Below, one piece after another: positions 1 to 6,769 of a stretch of DNA of 48,911 bases. Under the pieces are notes generated by a model that ran no database searches, was not told the DNA's origin, and was given only the letters and a program-made list of their open reading frames with translations. Numbering within the stretch: position 1 is the stretch's first letter; each line of letters starts with the position of its first letter. The translations under genes were made by a program, and so were the position numbers. The stretch comes from an uncultured Candidatus Saccharibacteria bacterium (GTDB lineage Bacteria; Patescibacteriota; Minisyncoccia; Portnoybacterales; UBA2143): the NCBI GenBank assembly GCA_964420115.1, contig CAYQQO010000001.1, positions 5,778-54,688 on the forward strand. The letters run 5' to 3'.

Positions 1-126
1 TGTCTCATTTCGTGTCTCAATTATGTCTCATTTCTAAAAAATATGTCTCATTTATTTTTTTATGTCTCATTTCGTGTCTCAATTATGTCTCATTTCTAAA
101 AAATATGTCTCATTTATGTCTCAATT
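1..126. repeat. Iteron-like array: an identical 53-bp unit occurs twice (1-53 and 63-115), and the array carries nine copies of TGTCTCA(T/A)TT
   Basis: The motif starts at 1, 13, 24, 44, 63, 75, 86, 106 and 117. Spacings are 12, 11, 20, 19, 12, 11, 20 and 11 nt. The array touches the window edge and lies upstream of the sigma gene. Confidence 0.85.
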
Positions 127-175
127 ATTTAAAGATAATAAAATAAATTGATTATTATATTATGGGCATGGTTTT

Positions 176-742
176 ATGGTATTGAAGAGAAAGAAAAGGA
201 CCTCTGGGAAATTTAATAAAGATGATTTTGCCGCGTTATATGATAAATACGCTGTGTCAATTTACCGCTTTATTTATTTAAAAATAAATTCAGTGGAAGA
301 TTCTCAAGATATGACTTCTGAGGTTTTTTTTAGATTTTGGCGCAATGTGGCTAACTCTGGTAGAAAAAAGATGGCCCTTGGTAAAAAAAGATCAAAAGTT
401 GATAATCCGCGGGCCCTGCTTTATAAAATAGCAAATAATATAGTTATTGATTTTTACAGAAAAAAGCCGAGGGCCGATTTATTAATTGATTCAAAAAAAG
501 ACGATAAATTCTCTCAAATACCTGATAAAACAGATATAGAAGCAGGAATGGCCCTTTCTTCTGATTTGGAGGACATTAAAAAAGCTCTTAATATGCTAAA
601 AGGCGACCAGCAGAATGTGCTTGTTTGGCGGTATATAGACCAGCTTTCCTACAAAGAAATAAGCCAGATTTTAGACAGGCCCGAAGGGGCTGTTAGGGTA
701 ATGGCTCATCGGGCTCTTATCGCTTTGAAAAAAAAGCTTTAG
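176..742 (+). CDS. ECF-type (sigma-70 family, group 4) RNA polymerase sigma factor, 188 aa
   Basis: Region 2-like segment YDKYAVSIYRFIY...SQDMTSEVFFRFWRNV. Region 4 HTH segment LSYKEISQILDRPEGAVRVMAHRALIALKK. Size is typical of ECF sigmas. Confidence 0.85.
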   Translation: MVLKRKKRTSGKFNKDDFAALYDKYAVSIYRFIYLKINSVEDSQDMTSEVFFRFWRNVANSGRKKMALGKKRSKVDNPRALLYKIANNIVIDFYRKKPRADLLIDSKKDDKFSQIPDKTDIEAGMALSSDLEDIKKALNMLKGDQQNVLVWRYIDQLSYKEISQILDRPEGAVRVMAHRALIALKKKL

Positions 743-805
743 TGGTATTTTTGGTGGTTTTTTTAAATTAAAAAAAATTTCTGTTTGTCCAAATATGGCC
801 TTTTT

Positions 806-831
806 TGTAACATATTTGTCCTTAATTCGTC
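806..831 (+). promoter_or_regulatory. Candidate ECF-sigma-type promoter TGTAAC-N16-CGTC
   Basis: TGTAAC at 806-811, a 16-nt spacer, then CGTC at 828-831. This matches the AAC-N16/17-CGT architecture of many ECF promoters. It lies 75 nt upstream of the ATG at 907. Confidence 0.3.
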
Positions 832-835
832 TTAA

Positions 836-882
836 ATTAGTAAGAACTTAATTAGTAAGAATTAGTAAGTAGAATTAGTAAG
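836..882. repeat. Four direct copies of ATTAGTAAG
   Basis: Copies at 836-844, 851-859, 861-869 and 874-882. They lie between the sigma gene and the next gene. Confidence 0.8.
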
Positions 883-906
883 TAATAATTTGTATTTGTT
901 CAAAAA

Positions 907-1770
907 ATGGCTAATGCTAATAGAAAAGATAACAAAGAAATAATTGGGAAGATTAAGCAATTAGATAAAATCCAGCCCTCTTCAGAGTGGCTTAACTGGG
1001 AGCGTCATAATTTAATGACCCATATAAGCTTGGATGAGGAATTAGATGACGGGGCTGGCTTTTTTAATTGGCTGAAAGCGCCGCAGTCTTTCGCTTTGGT
1101 TGTTTGTTTAATTTTAATTGTTTTTGGCGGCCCATGGCTGATGGTTAAAGCGTCGCAAGCCAGTTTGCCGGGAGATATTCTTTATTCAGTTAAAAAAATA
1201 AGTGAAGATTTGCAAACAACTATTGCTTCTGGAAATAACAAGGCGCAATTGAAAGTTGATTTTGCCAGCCGCCGCTTGGAAGAATTGGTTAAAATCAATG
1301 AATATTCATATAATACTTTAGAAGAAAAAACAAAAAGAACAAAACAGGCGATTGGCGATTTAAGAAATGAGCTGGCTGAAGCAGGCGGTCATATAAAGGG
1401 GGTTTATTCCAAAGAGGAGGTTATCGCTGTGACTAAAAAAACGAAGAAAATAAGGGAAGAATTGACTAAAGCAAAAGAAGAGGCGCCGAATGAAGTCCAG
1501 GCAGACTTAGTTGAAGCAGAAAAAGCTGTTGAAGAAATTAGCCGTCAAATTTTAGCTAGTTTAGTTGAAGGCAGTAAACAAAGAGAGGCGCAGTCAGCCA
1601 CAAACACAGACTCAGCCACAAGCACAGACAAAGAAATATTAATCTTCTTTGATGATTTAGAAATAGAAGACAAAAACATAGAAGCTAAAGCTGGCTTAAA
1701 AATAGAAGATTTAGGAACAAGTACTATTACTACTACGGAAAAAATTATTGAAAAGGCAGAAGAGTTTTAA
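907..1770 (+). CDS. Single-pass membrane protein, DUF5667-like; putative anti-sigma or sigma-associated factor, 287 aa
   Basis: Short cytoplasmic N-terminus, then TM helix FALVVCLILIVFGGPWLMV, then SLPGDILYSVKKISEDLQ and a K/E-rich coiled-coil region. The gene follows the ECF sigma gene. It contains an 18-bp tandem duplication at 1594-1629 (SATNTD/SATSTD). Confidence 0.55.
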   Translation: MANANRKDNKEIIGKIKQLDKIQPSSEWLNWERHNLMTHISLDEELDDGAGFFNWLKAPQSFALVVCLILIVFGGPWLMVKASQASLPGDILYSVKKISEDLQTTIASGNNKAQLKVDFASRRLEELVKINEYSYNTLEEKTKRTKQAIGDLRNELAEAGGHIKGVYSKEEVIAVTKKTKKIREELTKAKEEAPNEVQADLVEAEKAVEEISRQILASLVEGSKQREAQSATNTDSATSTDKEILIFFDDLEIEDKNIEAKAGLKIEDLGTSTITTTEKIIEKAEEF

Positions 1771-1990
1771 TAAAATAAAGGCAGTAGAAGAATTTTAATT
1801 GATAGTATAATTAATAGTAAATAACCGCTTATCCACAGATATTGGCTTGATTGTAAAGTTAATTAAAAATAAAATTAGTTATAAAGAAGCCCGGAAGTTA
1901 AGAATCGGTAGAATTATTTTATTGTCTGCTGTAAAGACAGTAAACAATAAAAATCTTAGCTTATAGGGCGTGGAATTAAAAAAATAGACA

Positions 1991-2014
1991 GAACAGTTAA
2001 AAAGGTCGGTCGTA
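1991..2014 (+). promoter_or_regulatory. Candidate ECF-sigma-type promoter GAAC-N16-CGTA upstream of the giant surface-protein gene
   Basis: GAAC at 1991-1994, a 16-nt spacer, then CGTA at 2011-2014. It would give a 5' UTR of about 195 nt containing hairpins CCCGC-TTGAG-GCGGG (about 2121-2135) and CCGCT-TAA-AGCGG (about 2159-2171). Confidence 0.3.
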
Positions 2015-2214
2015 AATGCTTCTTCCTGTAAGTCCTTAAAATGAAAGGGCAGGGGGATTAAGCAGAAATGGTCGATACGACTGAAGAAAAATAAAGTCGA
2101 ATGGGATTGTCTAATCTTTGCCCGCTTGAGGCGGGTATACCGCTTTTAAAGGGTGGATCCGCTTAAAGCGGACAAATAAATTAGGTAATTCCAGAGATAA
2201 TTAAAAATTAAACA

Positions 2215-5200
2215 ATGAATAAAATTCAAAAACCGATTTCGATTCTAACTTCAATCACAACGACAGTCTGGCTTTCCGGCGCGGCTATGTTGGTGCCAAT
2301 GAGCGCTATGGCGGCTCCGGTTGACGGAGATTTAATCCGAAATCCGAACGCTGAAGGGGCGGCCCAGTTTGACATTTACATTGTTAAGGAAGTTGACGGC
2401 GAAAAGTACAAGAGGTTGATTCTTTCTCCTCATGTCTTTGAAAGCTATGAACACTTTGACAAAAATAGCAACGGCTCTCCCTGGGATGATGTGACGGATG
2501 TCGGTCAGTCTGTTATGGACCAATATGAGACCTCTGATTTAGTCAGAGTGGACGGCGGGACAAAAGTTTATCGTTTGAATGCCGCTGATGGCGCTGACAC
2601 TGGCGACAAATATTGGCTCAATATGACTGCTGATGATTTCTTGGCAGTTTTTGACGCTGACGCCATTTACACCATTAACAGTACCGATTCAGCTGGATAC
2701 ACAGAGGGCAGTCAAATTACTGACCCCAGCGCGATATTTCCTCCTGAAGGAGCCGGCGACGAGGGCGACGAGAGCGACGAGAGTGAAGGAACTCTAACAG
2801 TTTCTTTAGCTGCCGATACTCCAGCGGCGGGGATTGTTGTTGAAAACGCGGCTCGTGTTCCGTTCACTAAGATTAATCTAACAGCTTCCGGCGGCGATGT
2901 TATTATTGACCAGCTTATTGTTGAAAGAACTGGTTTGGGTCAAGACGGCGCCTTTAGCTCCATTGATGTTATTGATGGAAGCACTAATATGCCTATCAAT
3001 AATACTTCCAAAACCTTTAATTCAGTTCATCGGGCAACAGTCAATGACGACCTAACAGTTGAAAGCGGAGAAACAGTGGCTATTAGTTTGGCTGGTAATT
3101 TCGGAGCTGATTTAAGCTCCTATACAGGCGAGACGCCATCACTAACTTTAGCTGAATTAACGCTAAAAGGCGATGCTACTCTAAACGCCGATTTGCCAAT
3201 AACCGGTAATCAAATGAGTATTAATCATACGATTACTATTGGCACAGCAACTGTTCAACGAGGCGCTTACGGCAATGCTAGTTCTACAAGCATTAAGGTT
3301 GGCGAAGAGCAATATACCTTCTTTTCCTTTCAGGTCCAAGCTGGTTCAGCCGAAAAGATTGAATTCAGCCAAGTGAAGATTTATCAGGAAGGGAGCGCTG
3401 CTGTTGGCGTCGACTTAACAAATGTTAAGCTATACAAAGACAACGCAGTTGTAGCTGAAAATCCGACAGTGACAACTAAATACGCTACTTTCGACTTTGA
3501 CCAGATTACCATTGATAAAGGGCAAATTGTCCAATTTCAAGTTAAGGCAGATGTAGCTGACGGTTCAGCCAGAACGGTTGACTTGGGTATTTACAAGGAA
3601 ACTGATTTATTGGTTAAGGGCGTTACTTACAGCTATAATATTACTCCAACATACAGCGGTACTGGTTCCAGCGGCAATAATCCAGTTTTGAGCGACAATG
3701 AATTCACCATTTCTGATGGGACATTGAATGTCACAAGAAGTAATGAAGTAACGGCTCTAAACATTGGCGTTTCTGACGATGAGTGGATAGGCGCCTTTGA
3801 GTTTGACTGCAAGGGTGAAGAAATTGATATTGCCGCTCTTAGCCTAACTATTGTTTCTTCAACCGGTAATGATGTTGGCACCAGCGCTTTGCTTAACCTT
3901 GAATTAGTTGATCCTGACGGTGATGTAGTGGCTGGTCCAAAAGATCCTGATAGTGATGGCCAGACAGTTGCTTGGACAGACACATTCACAGTGCCTGTCG
4001 GTAAGACCGTTTATAAAGTCAGAGGTGACTTGCAGTCCAGCGCCAACTGGGCGAGCAATGATACTGTTTATGTCCAATTTAATCCGTCAGCTATGACCGC
4101 TACTGGGGTTACTACAGGTAATTCAATTACTGCTACTCCATCAAGTAATGTTACTGCTAATACTCAAACAGTTAAAGCGGCGTCTTTAACCGTGGCAAGA
4201 AATAGCACACCGGCTGACCAGACGATTATTGTCGGCAGCAAAGATGTTGTTTTGACGTCTTGGGACTTTGACGCTTCAGCTTCTGGCGAGGATATTAGAA
4301 TAACTTCTGTTGGCTTTACTGCCGCAGCAGCTGGCATGGCAGCAACAAACACCAATGCTTTAACTATTTATGTTGATGGCGTGGCGCAGTCGCCGGTTAA
4401 CGATGCTATCGCTTCTAATGCCGCGGCGGCCAAGTCATCCACTTTTGCTCTTGATGAAGCCCTTGTTATAGAAAAGGGCGCCAGTGTAACAGTTGAATTG
4501 CGTGGTGATAAGACAACAATTGCTTCTGATGATACAGAAAACTGGGGTATCCGCGGTAATTCAATTGTTGCTTATGGAGCTGATACAGGGACATCCTTTG
4601 AGGAAAGTGTTACTGCTGATGACGGACCTACTTTGACTAATGCGGCTAAAGGGATTTTGAGTGTTGATATTGACACTAGGCCAACTTCAGCTATTGTCTT
4701 GACTGGTTCCACTGATAATACATTTGCCGGCGTTGCCTTTAGTTCTCTTTATGAGGACGCGAGGTTGGATAACTTAACTGTCCATATTGAGGATGGCGGT
4801 TATGAATTCAGTTCAAGCTCAAATTACGCTGATGTTAAAGAGGTTTGCCTCTATCACGATGGGGATTACCTGACAGGCGATAGGAGCGGAAGCTGTGGCT
4901 CTATCCCGAGCAGTGGCACTAAAGCTTTCGAGTTTAGTGTTGGCGACTTAGATGTTGCCGCTGGCACAAACGAGATTATTACTATTAAGGCGGATATGCC
5001 TGTCTTAACTACTACTATTAACCAGCCTTCTTATGCGTCAGCTGACATTAAGTTGGGCTTTGGCGGAGCTAACAGCATTCAGTTTACTGGCAAGTCGTCT
5101 AATTCTGAACTCACCGGCGCTAGTTACGAAAGCTATAATGATTCTACCAGCTCCTATATGGTTCTCTATAACAGCAAGCCAACTGTAACAGTTGCTTCTT

Positions 5201-5892
5201 CTGCTGATTCTTTGGACGCGGCTACCACCCTAACCGATGGTGTCCAGCCAATTTTCGCCTTTAAGGTGTCAGCTGATGCTTCCGGCGGCGATGTCTTGCT
5301 TTATAGGGCAACTTTCCATCTAAGCACTTCTTCTGGTTCAGGAATTAACATTAAGAGTTGTTATGTGAAGTATTCAGGGGATGATTATGGCAGCAAGATT
5401 AAAGCTGCAGCTAATCCGTTCTACTATGTTGATGACGACCAGATGCTTTATACAGCTACCTTCGATAATCCGAACTTCGATATTACAGGGGCTACTACCG
5501 ATGAAGCTATTAAGATTGGCGCTGGCAGTTTTGAAACATTCCGTCTCTACTGCACAGTATCTGGCGCGAGCGCTGCAGGCGAAAATGTCAGCACATTCTT
5601 AGTTGGCGATACTGCCAGTACTTCAGCTAATGTTGGTTATACTAACTGTGCTAATAATACTGGCGGGACATGTTCTGGCGGCTTCCATCCGCAGCAAACA
5701 GCAGTTCTTGACGCTCCCGATCTTTCAGCGGCTTCTACTTCCAACTTTATCTGGTCTGACAACTGGTTGGGCAAGAGCATCTCTGCCTCCGGCCAGAGCA
5801 ACGCTACTTCATCTGCGATGTGGTACAACGGCTACTTAGTGCCGGGTATGGAGAAGTCAGTAACAACTACTGCTTACGTCTTGAGCTACTAA
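2215..5892 (+). CDS. Giant secreted cell-surface protein, 1225 aa (S-layer/adhesin-like, repeated beta-sandwich-type modules)
   Basis: Signal peptide MNKIQKPISILTSITTTVWLSGAAMLVPMSAMAAP, then acidic linker GDEGDESDESEG. About six modules of about 110-130 aa share the pattern L-x-V...G...F-x-F/V...A...DV/I-x-I/L. Composition is very S/T/A/G/N-rich with no TM anchor. The opposite-strand and alternative-frame ORFs in the track inside this gene are GC-driven artefacts. Confidence 0.8.
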   Translation: MNKIQKPISILTSITTTVWLSGAAMLVPMSAMAAPVDGDLIRNPNAEGAAQFDIYIVKEVDGEKYKRLILSPHVFESYEHFDKNSNGSPWDDVTDVGQSVMDQYETSDLVRVDGGTKVYRLNAADGADTGDKYWLNMTADDFLAVFDADAIYTINSTDSAGYTEGSQITDPSAIFPPEGAGDEGDESDESEGTLTVSLAADTPAAGIVVENAARVPFTKINLTASGGDVIIDQLIVERTGLGQDGAFSSIDVIDGSTNMPINNTSKTFNSVHRATVNDDLTVESGETVAISLAGNFGADLSSYTGETPSLTLAELTLKGDATLNADLPITGNQMSINHTITIGTATVQRGAYGNASSTSIKVGEEQYTFFSFQVQAGSAEKIEFSQVKIYQEGSAAVGVDLTNVKLYKDNAVVAENPTVTTKYATFDFDQITIDKGQIVQFQVKADVADGSARTVDLGIYKETDLLVKGVTYSYNITPTYSGTGSSGNNPVLSDNEFTISDGTLNVTRSNEVTALNIGVSDDEWIGAFEFDCKGEEIDIAALSLTIVSSTGNDVGTSALLNLELVDPDGDVVAGPKDPDSDGQTVAWTDTFTVPVGKTVYKVRGDLQSSANWASNDTVYVQFNPSAMTATGVTTGNSITATPSSNVTANTQTVKAASLTVARNSTPADQTIIVGSKDVVLTSWDFDASASGEDIRITSVGFTAAAAGMAATNTNALTIYVDGVAQSPVNDAIASNAAAAKSSTFALDEALVIEKGASVTVELRGDKTTIASDDTENWGIRGNSIVAYGADTGTSFEESVTADDGPTLTNAAKGILSVDIDTRPTSAIVLTGSTDNTFAGVAFSSLYEDARLDNLTVHIEDGGYEFSSSSNYADVKEVCLYHDGDYLTGDRSGSCGSIPSSGTKAFEFSVGDLDVAAGTNEIITIKADMPVLTTTINQPSYASADIKLGFGGANSIQFTGKSSNSELTGASYESYNDSTSSYMVLYNSKPTVTVASSADSLDAATTLTDGVQPIFAFKVSADASGGDVLLYRATFHLSTSSGSGINIKSCYVKYSGDDYGSKIKAAANPFYYVDDDQMLYTATFDNPNFDITGATTDEAIKIGAGSFETFRLYCTVSGASAAGENVSTFLVGDTASTSANVGYTNCANNTGGTCSGGFHPQQTAVLDAPDLSAASTSNFIWSDNWLGKSISASGQSNATSSAMWYNGYLVPGMEKSVTTTAYVLSY

Positions 5893-5932
5893 AGAAAGTA
5901 ATTTCTCGAAACTGATACTGAAACGGGTAACA

Positions 5933-5958
5933 AAAGCCCCCTTCCTTGAGGGGGCTTT
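5933..5958 (+). terminator. Hairpin terminator after the surface-protein gene
   Basis: AAAGCCCCC (5933-5941) pairs with GGGGGCTTT (5950-5958) around an 8-nt loop. It starts 41 nt after the stop codon. The T-tract is short. Confidence 0.6.
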
Positions 5959-5998
5959 GGCGTTTAAAAGAAGCTACAGGTGGTTGTAAAAAATGTAT

Positions 5999-6027
5999 TT
6001 GATTTAAATTTTTTGCTGTGTTATATT
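5999..6027 (+). promoter_or_regulatory. Sigma-70-like promoter candidate TTGATT-N17-TATATT
   Basis: -35 at 5999-6004 and -10 at 6022-6027, upstream of the TPR gene. AT-rich DNA makes such matches common. Confidence 0.35.
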
Positions 6028-6073
6028 AAACTGAAGTCGTAACAAATAAATGCATATGGACAAATAAATACAT

Positions 6074-6769
6074 ATGGATAAAAAGAAAAAAAATAATATT
6101 TATATAATTGCTATTGTGATTCTTTTGGCAGTCAGCGCTGGTTATGTTTATTTTTCCGAATTCTATTCCAGCCCCTCCCAATCTAATTTAGATAAAATTT
6201 ATACACCGGAAGATTTCCCTAACGCCTTAGAGACAATGACCAGAGAGATTATGTTATCGCAGGTAGAAAATTTAAATAAGGAATATGTGCTTTTAAGGCA
6301 GGGTGAAAATATTTACCAGCATTGGATTAATATCGGCTTATTTAAGAAAAGATTAGGCGGCATAGAAGGAGCAAAAGAGGCGTGGCTTGAAGCAGTAGAT
6401 GTCAACAAGAATCAGGCACTAGCTTATGGCAATTTAGCTCATATTCATTTTTATGATTTTAAGGATTATGAAAAAGCAGAGGAATATTATTTAAAGGCTT
6501 TAGATTTGAAAAAGGATAATTACAATTATTATGTTGGTTTGGCTGATCTTTATCGTTATAAGATGACGGATAAAAAATATCAGATAGAGGATCTTATATT
6601 AGAAGGGGTTTCTAGTGTTGGCGACAGGACAATTAAAGCTGATTATTACGTTTACTTGGCTAAATATTTTATACGCGAAGGCAATGACGCTGATAAAGCA
6701 AAATATTACGTCAATCAAGCAGTAGAAAAAAACCCTGATATAAGCAATCAGGTTGAGAATTTGTTATGA
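6074..6769 (+). CDS. Membrane-anchored TPR-repeat protein, 231 aa
   Basis: N-terminal TM helix IYIIAIVILLAVSAGYVYF. TPR-like repeats such as AYGNLAHIHFYDFKDYEKAEEYYLKALDLKKDN. ATGA overlap with the next gene. Confidence 0.7.
   Translation: MDKKKKNNIYIIAIVILLAVSAGYVYFSEFYSSPSQSNLDKIYTPEDFPNALETMTREIMLSQVENLNKEYVLLRQGENIYQHWINIGLFKKRLGGIEGAKEAWLEAVDVNKNQALAYGNLAHIHFYDFKDYEKAEEYYLKALDLKKDNYNYYVGLADLYRYKMTDKKYQIEDLILEGVSSVGDRTIKADYYVYLAKYFIREGNDADKAKYYVNQAVEKNPDISNQVENLL

Noticed and set aside
1-126. The repeat array could be read as a CRISPR array
   Set aside because: The 53-bp units are separated by only 9 nt and are themselves made of 10-nt sub-repeats. There are no unique spacers and no cas genes.
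1829-1837. A perfect DnaA-box 9-mer, TTATCCACA, in the long intergenic region
   Set aside because: It is a single copy. A given 9-mer is expected by chance with appreciable probability in about 98 kb of two-strand sequence. I saw no cluster of boxes, no dnaA or dnaN genes and no AT-rich unwinding-repeat context, so it is not evidence for oriC.
1771-2214. A possible tRNA, riboswitch or other ncRNA in the 444-bp gap
   Set aside because: I could not recognise a tRNA cloverleaf or T-loop (GGTTCGA-type), or any riboswitch core I know. I saw only generic hairpins, which are better treated as promoter and 5' UTR of the surface-protein gene pending a covariance-model scan (Infernal/Rfam).
2332-5839. 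ORFs on the opposite strand or in alternative frames inside the surface-protein gene (for example 3633-3989 minus strand, 5381-5602 and 5603-5839 plus strand)
   Set aside because: They lie within a long, coherent, motif-bearing ORF. They arise from elevated GC content and low stop-codon density, and they have low-complexity, non-protein-like sequences.
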